Positions 1 to 11,107 are shown, counted from the stretch's first letter. The stretch is 64,000 nt of DNA from Verrucomicrobiota bacterium (GCA_027622665.1 JAQBYT010000003.1:1-64000), one strand, 5' to 3'. Translations and numbers: made by a program. Notes: generated from the letters alone by a model not told the origin.

Positions 1-2
1 CG

Positions 3-671
3 CCTATGCAAGCTCAAGAAACCGGCGGAACTTCCGTAGCGCAAGGCAAAGGAGACTACCATCTGGGATTCCGCATAGCCCCGAGGATAAGTACGTTGGG
101 CTTTGGTTTAGAAGCAGCCAAAGGGCTGACGCCAAGGTTTGGACTCAGGGGGGGATTCAATTACTTTTCATACGGATACGATGCAACGGAGTCCGACGTC
201 TCCTACAACCTCTAACTGGAACTGAAAAGTTTTGGCTTATTTGCGGATTGGCATCCCTTTCGAGGCAGTTTCCGACTCAGTGGCGGATTGTTGATCAACG
301 GGAACGGTCTCTCCGGCAATGCAAAACCAAGTGGAGATTTCGATATTGGAGACAGGACTTATACCAGTGGAGTCGGCGGGCAGATCAATTCCGTAAATCT
401 CGACGTTTCCTACAATGCGATCGCTCCCTATTTTGGCTTGGGTTGGGACACGACCTTCGGAGACCACGAACACTGGGGATTCACTTTTGACTTGGGTCTG
501 GTGTATTCGGGTTCGCCGGAAGCCACCCTTGGAATAAGTCATAACCTGACAGGAGCGGCGGCAACCACTTTGGAAACTGAAAGAGCAAAAGAACAAAACG
601 ATCTGCAGAACGATTTGGACAGCTTGGAATGGTGGCCCGTTCTCAGCGCCGGCATCGTATACCAGTTTTAG
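3..671 (+). pseudogene. Outer-membrane beta-barrel protein, 5'-truncated by the window edge and interrupted by an in-frame TAA at 213-215 (pseudogene or base-call error)
   Basis: ORFs 6..215 and 288..671 share a frame. Reading through the TAA gives continuous beta-strand sequence (SYNL*LELKSFGLFADWHPFRGSFRLSGGLLING). Also STLGFGLE, APYFGLGW and a C-terminal aromatic strand (GIVYQF). Confidence 0.7.
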
Positions 672-882
672 TAATAATGACCGCTGGTAGTCGCCGAGTC
701 GTAGCCGATTTTGCGAACGAACGGGCTAAGGTTCTCTGCCTTTTTTTCTATTGGGAAGGAACTATCCTTGACCCGTAATCTTATTTGACTGATTTTCGGA
801 GAAGAAATTTGTAATAGTTCAATACCCGTTCGGATAAATCGAAATCGAATCCGGGTCCTCACCTAAAGGAGATTACCACACC

Positions 883-2298
883 ATGAGCCAAAGCCGTAGA
901 AACTTCATCAAGCAATCCGCCCTCGCCTCAACGGCATTCGGGGCCTTCACCATTAGCGGAACCAAGTCTTCGGGCAAGGTCATCGGCGCGAACGAACGAA
1001 TAAACGTCGCGGTGTGCGGCATCAAGGGTCGAGGCGCCGCCCACATGGGATCTCTCGGTCGTGTGAAGAACGTTCAAATCTCTCATCTGGTAGATCCCGA
1101 CTCCCGTCTTTTCGAAGGCCGACAAAAATTCGTCAGCGGTCGATACAAGAATAATCCGGATTGTATCCAAGACGTACGCAAAGCTATGGACAACAAAGAT
1201 ATTCACGTGATATCCGTCGCCACACCGAACCACTGGCACAGTCTTATGTCGATCTGGGCCTGCCAAGCGGGCAAGGACGTATACGTCGAAAAGCCGCTCA
1301 GCCACAATATTTACGAAGGTCGCAAATTGGTGGAAGCAGCCGAAAAGTACGACCGCATCGTCCAACACGGAACCCAAAGTCGCTCCTCCCAGAGTTGGGC
1401 GAACAAGGCCAAGGAAATAGCAGAAGGCAAACATGGGAAATTGGAAGTTTCCCTAGGCACCTGCCACAAGCGTAGAGGCAGCATCGGCAACAAGGATACC
1501 AAGACTCCACCCAAGGAACTGAATTTCGACGTATGGACCGGGCCTGCCCAAAAAGAGGACTATCACGAAAACCTAGTTCACTACAATTGGCACTGGTTCT
1601 GGAAATACGGCAACGGAGACATAGGCAACCAAGGCGTACACCAAATGGATGTTGCCCGCTGGATGATTCCCGGCGCCATGTGGCCCAAAAGCGTAATTTG
1701 CGTAGGTGGGCGATTCGGTTACGAAGATCAGGGACAAACGGCCAATACGCAGTTAGCTATTTTCGACTATGGAGAGAGCCAACTCGTATTCGACGTGCGC
1801 GGTCTCAGCGGGAAAAGCAATATGGGCGCATCCAACCATCAGTACTTTGACAAGAACGCCAAGGTAGGAAAAGAGAAGGTGCTCAAGCTCAAGGGCGTGA
1901 AAAGCCCAGTTGCCGACCGAGGCGATGGCGACAACTTCGCCAACTTCATAAAGTCCGTGCGCAGTCGCAAGACCACCGACATGAACGCCCACGTTCTCGA
2001 GGGACATGTTTCGAGCGGACTTTGCCACCTTGCCAACGTATCCTACCAACTGGGAGAAAAGCAAAGTTTTAGCAAAAAGAACAAGATTTTCGGCGACAAC
2101 AAGAAGGCTTACGAATACTTCGAAAGGATGCAGGATCATCTCAAGGAAAATAGCCTCAAGTTGGAAGAAATCGATTACGTCGTCGGCCGCGAGCTCAAGT
2201 TCGACAGTAAAAACGAATCCATCATTGGCGACGACGAAGCCAACGCCATGTTGACTCGTGATTATCGCAAACCGTTCGTGGTTCCAGAAAAAGTATAA
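883..2298 (+). CDS. Gfo/Idh/MocA family oxidoreductase with Tat signal
   Basis: SRRNFIK twin-arginine leader; VAVCGIKGRG Rossmann motif; ATPNHWH; GKDVYVEKP; GNQGVHQMD. AAAGGAGA RBS upstream. Confidence 0.92.
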   Translation: MSQSRRNFIKQSALASTAFGAFTISGTKSSGKVIGANERINVAVCGIKGRGAAHMGSLGRVKNVQISHLVDPDSRLFEGRQKFVSGRYKNNPDCIQDVRKAMDNKDIHVISVATPNHWHSLMSIWACQAGKDVYVEKPLSHNIYEGRKLVEAAEKYDRIVQHGTQSRSSQSWANKAKEIAEGKHGKLEVSLGTCHKRRGSIGNKDTKTPPKELNFDVWTGPAQKEDYHENLVHYNWHWFWKYGNGDIGNQGVHQMDVARWMIPGAMWPKSVICVGGRFGYEDQGQTANTQLAIFDYGESQLVFDVRGLSGKSNMGASNHQYFDKNAKVGKEKVLKLKGVKSPVADRGDGDNFANFIKSVRSRKTTDMNAHVLEGHVSSGLCHLANVSYQLGEKQSFSKKNKIFGDNKKAYEYFERMQDHLKENSLKLEEIDYVVGRELKFDSKNESIIGDDEANAMLTRDYRKPFVVPEKV

Positions 2299-2324
2299 CG
2301 GCCAGCTTACCACTTATGTCTTTC

Positions 2325-2364
2325 AGCGGCTCGGTTTCCATATGGAATCCGGGCCGCTCTTGTT
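2325..2364 (+). terminator. Probable intrinsic terminator
   Basis: Imperfect inverted repeat AGCGGCTCGGTTTCCA / TGGAATCCGGGCCGCT followed by CTTGTT, just after the oxidoreductase stop. Confidence 0.55.
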
Positions 2365-2429
2365 AAAAAGTCAATCGCTTGCATTTGCATATCCAGTGTA
2401 GTTGATATATTTTAAAGCTGTTCGTCAAA

Positions 2430-4469
2430 ATGAAAGTTCTCCCTCGCTTGTTCTGTCTTGCGCCACTTGTGGCGGCATCGTTCGCGTTTACGCCGAAAGC
2501 TCGAGCAGTTCCCCCACCCTTCAATCCATCTCCGCAAAAAACGGCAATTATGCGGGAGGCGGTTAACCGCATAAACCTGTCGATCGAACAAAAACTCGCG
2601 GAAAAGAAAATCCCCTATAACGAAAGCCTGAACGACCACCTGTTCGTTCGCCGCATATACGTGGACTTGAGCGGCACGATCCCGACATATGAACAGGTAA
2701 TCTCCTTCGTTCGCAACAGGGACCCCTACAAGCGCACTCGGCTAATCAATCAGCTATTGGCTTCGGAAGGGTACGTCAGCCATCTCTACAATTACTTGGC
2801 GGACTTGTTTCGTATCCAATCTCAAATGCCCGGAAGCAATCTTCGGTCCGACCCATTCATTGCCTGGCTAAAGGACTCCATTCATCAGGATAAGCCCTAT
2901 AATCGCATCGTCTACGAAATGATATCGGCCTCGGGCCGCCTCCACGACAATCCGGCCGTGGGCTACCACCTGCGAGACATCGACATGAAATTGGATCACG
3001 TGTCTTTCATGTCGAAGATTTTTTTGGCCAAGGACATTTCCTGCGCCCAGTGCCATGATCACCCTTTCGAGGAATGGACGCAGATGGATTATTATTCACT
3101 GGCCTCATTCCTTGGTGGACTCGAAACCAAGGGGAAAGCAACGTCTCCCGACAAAAAGAAAAAGGGTAAGAAACCGGGATCAACTCCTTCCGATGAAGTG
3201 AAAGAGACAATGCAGGAGTTTCTTAAGAGTCGAAACTTCGAGCTGGCCATCGCGAAAAAGGAAAACCTCAGCTACACTCGCGACAAGGAAAAGGTAAAAG
3301 AAAAGGCAAAAGAACTCCGGGACGCCTTTGACCGCCTGATGAACGACAATCGCTACAACGTTCATGACAAGGAGGACGCGATTATGAAGCTACCCGACGA
3401 CTACCAGTACGATGACGCCAAACCGGGTGAAGAGGTAAAGCCACGCGTTCTGGTAGGCGCCGAACCGAAATTCCCGAGGAACCTGAGCAATCGCGAACAA
3501 CTTGCCCAATGGATCGCCAGTCCCAACAACCAATGGTTCGCGCTCACCATCGCCAATCGAATGTGGGCGAGATTCTTTGGTCTTGGAGTCGCCGAACCCC
3601 TTCACGACGTGAAAGTGGACGATGCCCCAAACCCTGTCCTTCTCAAGACGATAACCGAAGTCATGATCGCCCTAGACTTCGACCTGAGGGCTTTTTCTTG
3701 GGTTCTGGCGCACACCAGCTCCTACAATCGTCTCGCCACTCGCAAGCTCATTACCGAAAAGGACGACTATTACTTTCAAGGTCCCACACTCCGCCGAATG
3801 ACGGCCGAGCAAGTCTGGGATTCCTTCGTCACCCTTCTTGTCGAAGACCCGCTGCGCTACCGATCCGCCCCAAGTCTCACCCTACAAAACATCACTAGCG
3901 CCGAGACAGCCATAACCTTCGCCGAGTCTCTCACCCAAAGTACGGGAAAAGGCAAAAAGAAGTCCCAAGGACAGTTCCTCCTCCTCGACTCTCAAACTGG
4001 TGAAACCGTACTCCAAGGAGGAAAAGACATGGGTTCTTCCTCCGGAGATCCCGCCGCGCAACGCGTGACCTCCGGTCGGGGCAAGGAAAAGCTAATCCTT
4101 GCCCGTGCATCCGAATTAGAGCAGCCAACCCCGCAGGGGCATTTTCTACGAAAATTCGGCCAATCCGAACGGACCTACGTCGCGGGAGCTTCCAACCTGT
4201 CAGGCTCCGTGCCTCAAATCATGGAACTCATGAACGGTTTCGCGACCGAGGCCTTGATCAACCAAGATTCCTTGATATTCAAAAAAATGAAGGATGAGAG
4301 AAGTCCCTCAAAACGGGCGGAAATCGTCTTTCTCAGTGTCCTCAGTCGTCTCGCAACTCCATCCGAACAAAAACTCCTTCGCAAAACGCTACTAAAAAGC
4401 GACGAAGAGGATATGGCCGACCTCATCTGGGCCCTACTCAACACACCCGAGTTTTTCTTCATCAAATAA
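2430..4469 (+). CDS. DUF1549/DUF1553 (PSD2/PSD1) domain protein
   Basis: Signal peptide; FVRRIYVDLSGTIP; CAQCHDHPF (CxxCH); ANRMWARFFGLG; RRMTAEQVWDS; C-terminal DLIWALLNTPEF. Confidence 0.9.
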   Translation: MKVLPRLFCLAPLVAASFAFTPKARAVPPPFNPSPQKTAIMREAVNRINLSIEQKLAEKKIPYNESLNDHLFVRRIYVDLSGTIPTYEQVISFVRNRDPYKRTRLINQLLASEGYVSHLYNYLADLFRIQSQMPGSNLRSDPFIAWLKDSIHQDKPYNRIVYEMISASGRLHDNPAVGYHLRDIDMKLDHVSFMSKIFLAKDISCAQCHDHPFEEWTQMDYYSLASFLGGLETKGKATSPDKKKKGKKPGSTPSDEVKETMQEFLKSRNFELAIAKKENLSYTRDKEKVKEKAKELRDAFDRLMNDNRYNVHDKEDAIMKLPDDYQYDDAKPGEEVKPRVLVGAEPKFPRNLSNREQLAQWIASPNNQWFALTIANRMWARFFGLGVAEPLHDVKVDDAPNPVLLKTITEVMIALDFDLRAFSWVLAHTSSYNRLATRKLITEKDDYYFQGPTLRRMTAEQVWDSFVTLLVEDPLRYRSAPSLTLQNITSAETAITFAESLTQSTGKGKKKSQGQFLLLDSQTGETVLQGGKDMGSSSGDPAAQRVTSGRGKEKLILARASELEQPTPQGHFLRKFGQSERTYVAGASNLSGSVPQIMELMNGFATEALINQDSLIFKKMKDERSPSKRAEIVFLSVLSRLATPSEQKLLRKTLLKSDEEDMADLIWALLNTPEFFFIK

Positions 4470-4492
4470 CGAATCCTCAACGTCATGGAACC

Positions 4493-5794
4493 ATGCACGA
4501 CCTAGTCCGACAACTCGACGAATCCTCACGCCGTTCCTTTCTGGCTTATGCCGCCAAGGTCGCCCTTGGCGTCTCCCTTCTCCCACCCGCCTTTGTGTCG
4601 GGAGCACCCGGCGACCCGACCGTTCCGGGGGCCGCCGCGATGATGAAAAAGAAGGCACTCTGCGACAGCGTCATCTTTCTTTACATGCGTGGCGGAATGA
4701 GTCAGGTGGATACCTTTGACCCCAAGACAGACGACGCAACAAAGGGTTCCACTCGCCCCGTCGCCACCAAAGCCAACGGACTCCAATTATCCAACTTACT
4801 TCCTAAACTAGGTGAGCAAGCGAACGACTTGTCCGTTATCCGATCCATGACCACTCGGACGGGTGCCCATTCGCAAGCCTCCTACGTCATGCACACCGGC
4901 TACCGTCAACGCCCGGGGATGACTCACCCGCAGCTTGGTTCTTGGTCACAACATTTCCTTGGTAAGTCTCACCCCGTTCTCCCTTCCAGCGTCGTTATCT
5001 CCGGGGGCAATCCCGGACCTGGATTCCTCCCGCCAGACCACAGCCCTCTTCCCATCGGCGACGCAAAAAAGGGGATCAAGGACCTTCTCCCCGATGTGGA
5101 CAAAACCCGCATGGATAAACGCATCAACTTGGCCCGCCAGTTTTCTGCGGCATTTGAATACTATTTCCCTCACGAGGACGTGAAGGCCTACTCCGACTTC
5201 TACAAACAAACCGTAAAGTTCCTTTCCGGAGACGCCGCCGAACCTTTCGACATTTCCAAGGAACCCGGCAACCTCCGCAACCAGTACGGAAACCATTCAT
5301 TCGGCCAGGGTTGCCTACTCGCTCGTCGACTTGTAGAGAAAGGCGTCCGCTACGTGGAAGTAAAATCCCGCAGAAATTGGGATTCCATGCATGGCGGAAC
5401 CGGCCAGCTCAACGCTCTTGCCGATGAGCTCGATGGAACCGTCTCTGCTCTCATGACCGATCTCCGGGATCGCGGCATGCTGGAGCGCACAATGATTGTA
5501 ATCACTTCGGAATTCGGGCGGACCTCTAAAGTCAAGGGGAACGGCGGACGAGACCATCATCCAAACGGCTTCTCTTGTGCTCTAGCCGGCGGCGGAATTA
5601 AAGGCGGCCAAGCCATAGGAGCCACCAATGAAAAAGGCCGAGAACCGGATCCGAAGTTCGAACCAAAGGATCTCCACGCCACGGTCGCGACCGCCATGGG
5701 CATGAACGTCGAGAAGCGCTTTCATCCCAAAGGCGGCGGACGTCCCTCCTTCGTCGGCGGACGAGGAAAGCCTATAATGGATTTGCTCGCCTAA
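4493..5794 (+). CDS. DUF1501 domain protein (Tat-exported)
   Basis: SRRSFL Tat motif; GGMSQVDTFDPK; CLLARRLVEKGVRYVEV; SEFGRT; GRDHHP. Confidence 0.92.
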   Translation: MHDLVRQLDESSRRSFLAYAAKVALGVSLLPPAFVSGAPGDPTVPGAAAMMKKKALCDSVIFLYMRGGMSQVDTFDPKTDDATKGSTRPVATKANGLQLSNLLPKLGEQANDLSVIRSMTTRTGAHSQASYVMHTGYRQRPGMTHPQLGSWSQHFLGKSHPVLPSSVVISGGNPGPGFLPPDHSPLPIGDAKKGIKDLLPDVDKTRMDKRINLARQFSAAFEYYFPHEDVKAYSDFYKQTVKFLSGDAAEPFDISKEPGNLRNQYGNHSFGQGCLLARRLVEKGVRYVEVKSRRNWDSMHGGTGQLNALADELDGTVSALMTDLRDRGMLERTMIVITSEFGRTSKVKGNGGRDHHPNGFSCALAGGGIKGGQAIGATNEKGREPDPKFEPKDLHATVATAMGMNVEKRFHPKGGGRPSFVGGRGKPIMDLLA

Positions 5795-5860
5795 AGAAAG
5801 CTTTTCGTAACTCGCGAAAAAAACTCGCGACAGTCAGCCACATTCGAGATGCTGAGCGGC

Positions 5861-7252
5861 ATGATCCGCATCTTTACTCTTTTATTCGCCGGAACCTGTT
5901 TAAGCTGCACCTGCTATGCAGCCAAGAAACCGAACTTCATTCTCGCCATGGCCGACGACCAAGGCTGGGGCGAAATGGGCTACCAAGGCCACAAGGCACT
6001 GAAGACTCCCAACTTCGACGACATGTCGAAATCGGGTCTTCGCTTCGACAGGTTCTATGCGGCCGCTCCAGTATGCTCGCCCACTCGCGCCAGTTGCCTT
6101 ACTGGGCGGCATCCCAATCGGATGGGCGTTTTCAAGTGGGGATACCCCATGCGTACGGGGGAAATCACCATCGCCGAAGCACTCAAGAAAGCCGGATATG
6201 CCACGGCGCACTTCGGGAAATGGCACTTGGGCTCCGTTCGCGCCGACAGCGCCGCATGTCCCGGAGCCAACGGCTTCGACGAATGGGCGTCCGCTCCTAA
6301 CTTCTACGAAAACAACCCGCTCTTCAGTCACAACGGGAAGGTCATTGAGGTAAAGGGAGAAAGCTCTCTCGCCACCATGGAGATCGCCCTCCGATGGATC
6401 AAAAAAATGGCAGAGGCCGACAAGCCGTTCCTTGCCGTCATTTGGTTTGGGAACCCTCATGACCCCCACATCGGCGTTGATAAATTCCTCGCGCCCTATT
6501 CGAAGGAATCGAAGGCGATGCAAAACTTTTATGCCGAGATCACAGGCATGGATTCCGCCATGGGTGAACTCCGCAAAGGACTCCGAGATATCAATAAGCA
6601 CGAAGAGACTCTGCTCTGGTACACAAGCGACAATGGAGGACTCAAGCCCAACTCCATGGGCGGACTTTCGGGCAAGAAAGGCAACCTGCTCGAGGGAGGA
6701 ATACGCGTACCCGCCATCCTCGAATGGCCGGCAAGGATTCCAGAACCGAGGACTAGTTCGGCTCCCTGCAACACTTCCGACTTCTATCCCACTTTACTCG
6801 AACTCGCAGGAGTTTCCCTGCCCAAGGGTCAACCTCCCCTCGACGGCATCAGTCTCGTTCCGCTGATCGAGGGAAAAACCGACATCCGCAAGAAAGCTAT
6901 GGGGTTCTGGGACTTCCCCGCCCCCGGTCGTAGTCGACGAGCGCGAGCAATGCTGGAAGCTTTGCGAAAAGAACAGCAAGCGGGCGAGGTGAAACCCGCG
7001 CCGAAAGAAGGACATGTCGAAAAACAATACTCGACCAAGTCTTTCCCGGGTCCTGCCGCATGGATTGACGGGGATTGGAAATTACTTCGCGGAAAGGGTG
7101 CCCCCAAGCTATTCAATCTTGCCAAGGATTTCGCCGAGAAAAACGATATTTCCGCCAAACACCCCGAAAAGGTAGCGGACATGCAAAAGGCCCTCCACTC
7201 TTGGCAGCATTCCGTAACCCTTAGCCTAAATGGGGAAGATTACAAAAAATGA
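5861..7252 (+). CDS. Sulfatase (formylglycine-dependent)
   Basis: PNFILAMADDQG; CSPTRASCLTG; GKWHLG; SDNGG; EGGIRVP; signal peptide. Alternative start at 5849. Confidence 0.93.
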   Translation: MIRIFTLLFAGTCLSCTCYAAKKPNFILAMADDQGWGEMGYQGHKALKTPNFDDMSKSGLRFDRFYAAAPVCSPTRASCLTGRHPNRMGVFKWGYPMRTGEITIAEALKKAGYATAHFGKWHLGSVRADSAACPGANGFDEWASAPNFYENNPLFSHNGKVIEVKGESSLATMEIALRWIKKMAEADKPFLAVIWFGNPHDPHIGVDKFLAPYSKESKAMQNFYAEITGMDSAMGELRKGLRDINKHEETLLWYTSDNGGLKPNSMGGLSGKKGNLLEGGIRVPAILEWPARIPEPRTSSAPCNTSDFYPTLLELAGVSLPKGQPPLDGISLVPLIEGKTDIRKKAMGFWDFPAPGRSRRARAMLEALRKEQQAGEVKPAPKEGHVEKQYSTKSFPGPAAWIDGDWKLLRGKGAPKLFNLAKDFAEKNDISAKHPEKVADMQKALHSWQHSVTLSLNGEDYKK

Positions 7253-9633
7253 ATGGAGCCAAGCATCCACGAAAACACCAAGGTTCATCTATCTCGGATT
7301 TCGTTGCGGATAACCTCAATTACTCCATCCGTATTGCTCTCGGCTCGCTCCTTCTATCTTTGCCACTCTTTGCCACACTCCATCTTCACGCCCAGGTGGA
7401 TTTCCTCGGCAAAGTGCGTCCCATGATGTCCGACACTTGCTACAAATGCCACGGTCCCGACTCCAAGGCCCGCAAGGCCAAACTCCGTCTGGACAAACGA
7501 AATGCTGCCTTCTCCGAGAAAGATGGGATAACTCCGATCGTTCCAAACGATCTCGCGAAAAGCGAAGTCATCCGCCGCATCACCTCAAAAGATCCCGATG
7601 AACGCATGCCCCCGCCTGGCTCCGGGCTCGAACTCAGCACCGCTCAAATCGACGTTTTGAGCAATTGGGTAAACGAGGGAGCCGACTGGCCCGAGAACGA
7701 TCGTCATTGGTCTTTCATTCCGCCCGTTCGACCCAAAGCGCCCCAAACCAAAAACAAAGACTGGTCTCGAAACGACATCGACCGGTTCGTCCTCGCCCGT
7801 CTGGAAAAGGAAAGCCTGACCCCATCCCCCGAGGCCGACAAGGAAACCCTTCTTCGTCGCGTGACCTTTGACCTCACAGGGCTTCCCCCTTCTCCCGAGG
7901 AAATGGATGACTTTCTTGCGGATGAATCAAACGAGGCCTACGAAAAGGTCGTCGACCATCTCCTCCATTCGCCCCATTACGGGGAACACATTGCCTCCTC
8001 GTGGTTGGATGCCGCTCGCTACGCCGACACCGACGGATACCAAAACGACCGTACCCGCTATATGTGGGTTTGGCGCGACTGGGTCATTCGCTCCCTCAAT
8101 GAAAACAAACCATTCGATCGTTTCATCCTCGAGCAAATGGCGGGCGACCTTCTACCGGAACGCGACTTCTTCACCCAGGTCGCCACAGGCTACAACCGGA
8201 ACCATCGCATTAATTCGGAAGGAGGTTCCATTCCCGATGAATGGATTGTGGAGTACGTCGCAGATCGAGTCGAAACTCTCGGCACCACTTTTTTGGGTCT
8301 CACCCTCAACTGTTCCCGTTGTCACGACCACAAATATGATCCCGTCACCCAGCGCGACTTCTACTCTCTATTCGCCTTCTTCAATGGTATCGACGAAGCG
8401 GGCCTTGGTCCGAACAATGGAAACAGTCCTCCATTTATTCCGGTTCCCAAAAGCTGGCCTAACCTGAAGCCGGAAGAGAACAAGTTCGTAGTTCCCCAAA
8501 AGATGAAAATCAAGGTTGTGCAAACTTCAGTTCCTCGCCCACAGCCAGGTTCGGCTAATACCGTAATGGTCATGCACGAACTACCGAAACCGAGATCCAC
8601 CTACATTCTCGAGCGCGGCCAGTATGACCATCCCGACAAATCGGAAACCCTCTCCCCCGCAATCCCCGGAATCATAGGCGGTTGGAAAAAGCAATGGCCC
8701 GCAAACCGGATCGGTCTGGCCCAATGGTTAATTGCACCCGAACACCCGCTCACTGCACGCGTAACTGTTAACCGCTTCTGGCAAAGACTGTTCGGAATCG
8801 GTCTGGTCAAAACCTCGGAAAACTTTGGAATACAAGGCGAACATCCAAGCCACCCGGAACTTCTCGACTGGCTTGCCACCGAATTCATTCGCCGCGATTG
8901 GAACATCAAGGACTTTCAAAAATTACTCGTCACATCCGCCACTTACAGACAGGTCTCTACGGGACACTCTGCCCGTGACCCCGAAAACCGTTTGCTGTCC
9001 CGCGGACCCCGTCGTCGATTACCTCCCTACGCCATACGTGATGCCGCCTTGGCAAACTCAGGCCTTCTCGTCCGAACGATCGGCGGCCCTTCCGTTCGCC
9101 CCTACATGCCACCCCGCATCTGGAAATCCATTTCAAACAACGCCTACAAGCAGGACAAAGGAGACAAGCTTTACCGACGCAGTCTTTACACCTACTGGCG
9201 TCGAACGATTCCTCCGCCAACAATGATGACCTTCAATGCCGCCGACCGCGAAGTCTGCATTGTACGCAAAGATCAAACCATCACACCCCTCCAAGCCCTC
9301 ACCCTCCTCAACAACGTAACGTTCGTGGAATCCGCCCGTCATCTCGCCGAGCGCATGCTAAAGCTTAAGGGCAAACAATCACAACGCGACCGCATTGCTT
9401 ACGGCTTTCGCTCAATCACGGGACGCCGACCGATCAAGGAAGAGCTAAACCTCCTCTTCGCCGACCTCAAGGTCCACCTCGAATCATTCTCCCTAAAGCC
9501 TGAGGCGGCCAAGGCATTCCTAAAGGTGGGACAACGCCCAAATGACGCCAAATTATCACCCGAACAAATAGCCGCTTACGCCCTCATCGCCTCCACCATT
9601 ATGAATCTCGATGAAGCAATCACGCTGAACTGA
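7249..9633 (+). CDS. Planctomycete cytochrome c + DUF1549/DUF1553 (PSCyt1/PSD2/PSD1) protein
   Basis: CYKCHGPD...RMPP cytochrome c domain; HWSFIPP; LLRRVTFDLTGLPP; WLDAARYADTDG; CSRCHDHKYDP; PSHPELLDWLA; TPLQAL. Confidence 0.92.
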   Translation: MNGAKHPRKHQGSSISDFVADNLNYSIRIALGSLLLSLPLFATLHLHAQVDFLGKVRPMMSDTCYKCHGPDSKARKAKLRLDKRNAAFSEKDGITPIVPNDLAKSEVIRRITSKDPDERMPPPGSGLELSTAQIDVLSNWVNEGADWPENDRHWSFIPPVRPKAPQTKNKDWSRNDIDRFVLARLEKESLTPSPEADKETLLRRVTFDLTGLPPSPEEMDDFLADESNEAYEKVVDHLLHSPHYGEHIASSWLDAARYADTDGYQNDRTRYMWVWRDWVIRSLNENKPFDRFILEQMAGDLLPERDFFTQVATGYNRNHRINSEGGSIPDEWIVEYVADRVETLGTTFLGLTLNCSRCHDHKYDPVTQRDFYSLFAFFNGIDEAGLGPNNGNSPPFIPVPKSWPNLKPEENKFVVPQKMKIKVVQTSVPRPQPGSANTVMVMHELPKPRSTYILERGQYDHPDKSETLSPAIPGIIGGWKKQWPANRIGLAQWLIAPEHPLTARVTVNRFWQRLFGIGLVKTSENFGIQGEHPSHPELLDWLATEFIRRDWNIKDFQKLLVTSATYRQVSTGHSARDPENRLLSRGPRRRLPPYAIRDAALANSGLLVRTIGGPSVRPYMPPRIWKSISNNAYKQDKGDKLYRRSLYTYWRRTIPPPTMMTFNAADREVCIVRKDQTITPLQALTLLNNVTFVESARHLAERMLKLKGKQSQRDRIAYGFRSITGRRPIKEELNLLFADLKVHLESFSLKPEAAKAFLKVGQRPNDAKLSPEQIAAYALIASTIMNLDEAITLN

Positions 9634-9637
9634 AGAC

Positions 9638-11092
9638 ATGAATCCATTGCAAGACCTTCAAGCGGCCCAGACTCGCAGAGCTTTTTTGGAAAAGACGACG
9701 CTCGGTCTAGGTTCCATCGCCCTTGCCGACCTGCTCCGGGCCGATGATGCAAAATCCCGGCCGCGAAACTCCATCGGCGGGTTCGCCGACCTCCCACATC
9801 ATCAGCCAAAGGTGAAGCGTGTCATTTACCTGTTTCAGTCAGGGGGTCCTTCCCAACACGATCTCTTCGACCATAAACCACTCCTAAAAGAACGTTTCGG
9901 TCAGGAAGTCCCGAAGTCCATCTATCCCGACGAACGCAAGACTACGATGACATCGGGACAGGCCAGTTTCCCTGTAGCCCCAACCTCCATTCCCTTCGCC
10001 CGCCATGGCAGCAGTGGCATCGAACTCGGCGAAACCTTGCCCCACCTCGCCAAGGTGGTTGACGACATTTGCGTAATCAAGTCCATGCACGGCGAAGCCA
10101 TCAACCATGACCCCGCCGCCACCTGCTTTCAGACCGGGTCGGTAATGCCCGGTCGTCCAAGCATTGGCTCATGGGTAAGTTACGGGCTCGGCTCCGACAA
10201 CTCCGACCTTCCCTCCTACGTTGCTCTTACCTCCAACGGCACCGGCAAGTCGGGACAACCTCTGTACGACCGACTCTGGGGTTCCGGTTTTCTGCCGGGA
10301 CGCTTCCAAGGCGTAAAATTCCGTGGACAAGGCGATCCCATTCTGGACCTTTACGACCCCTCCGGTCTTAGCCGGACGCAAAGACGTCGTATGCTGGACA
10401 CCATCGGAAAACTCAACAAAACTCAGGCCTCCCTCTTCGAAGATCCGACTATTAAGACCCGTATAGCCCAGTACGAACTCGCTTACCGCATGCAGACGAG
10501 CGTACCCGAACTCATCGACTATTCAGCCGAGCCCAAGTACATACTCGATTCATACGGCCCCGAGGTAAACAAGGTCGGAAAATATGCCTATAATTGTCTC
10601 CTCGCTCGTCGCCTCGCCGAACGCGGCGTGCGCTTCATCCAACTCTTTCACCGTGGATGGGATGCTCACGGAGGGGCTCCGGGAAACGTGCGACGCCAAT
10701 GCAAGGACACCGACCAACCGACTGCCGCCCTTCTCTCAGACTTGAAGCAACGCGGCATGCTGGAAGATACGCTTATCGTTTGGGGTGGCGAATTCGGGCG
10801 AACCGTATACTGCCAAGGCAAGTTGACTCGTACCAACTACGGCAGAGACCATCACCCCAACTGCTTCACCTATTGGCTGGCCGGCGGAGGCGTAAAAGCA
10901 GGCTTCAGTTACGGGCAAACAGACGACTACGGCGTGAACGTCGTTGAAAACCCCGTACATGTCCACGACTTGCAAGCCACCATACTCCACCTCCTCGGAA
11001 TCGACCATGAGCGACTCACCTTCAAGCACCAAGGTCGCCACTACCGCCTAACCGACGTTCACGGTCGGATCGTTCGCGACATTCTTTCTTAG
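9638..11092 (+). CDS. DUF1501 domain protein (Tat-exported)
   Basis: TRRAFL; GGPSQHDLFDHKP; CLLARRLAERGVRFIQL; GEFGRT; GRDHHP; RLTDVHG. Confidence 0.93.
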   Translation: MNPLQDLQAAQTRRAFLEKTTLGLGSIALADLLRADDAKSRPRNSIGGFADLPHHQPKVKRVIYLFQSGGPSQHDLFDHKPLLKERFGQEVPKSIYPDERKTTMTSGQASFPVAPTSIPFARHGSSGIELGETLPHLAKVVDDICVIKSMHGEAINHDPAATCFQTGSVMPGRPSIGSWVSYGLGSDNSDLPSYVALTSNGTGKSGQPLYDRLWGSGFLPGRFQGVKFRGQGDPILDLYDPSGLSRTQRRRMLDTIGKLNKTQASLFEDPTIKTRIAQYELAYRMQTSVPELIDYSAEPKYILDSYGPEVNKVGKYAYNCLLARRLAERGVRFIQLFHRGWDAHGGAPGNVRRQCKDTDQPTAALLSDLKQRGMLEDTLIVWGGEFGRTVYCQGKLTRTNYGRDHHPNCFTYWLAGGGVKAGFSYGQTDDYGVNVVENPVHVHDLQATILHLLGIDHERLTFKHQGRHYRLTDVHGRIVRDILS

Positions 11093-11107
11093 AATACGCT
11101 AATTTCA

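Noticed and set aside
5809..5830. AACTCGCGA direct repeat / TCGCGA palindromes upstream of a sulfatase
   Set aside because: Too short to tell an operator or terminator from chance.
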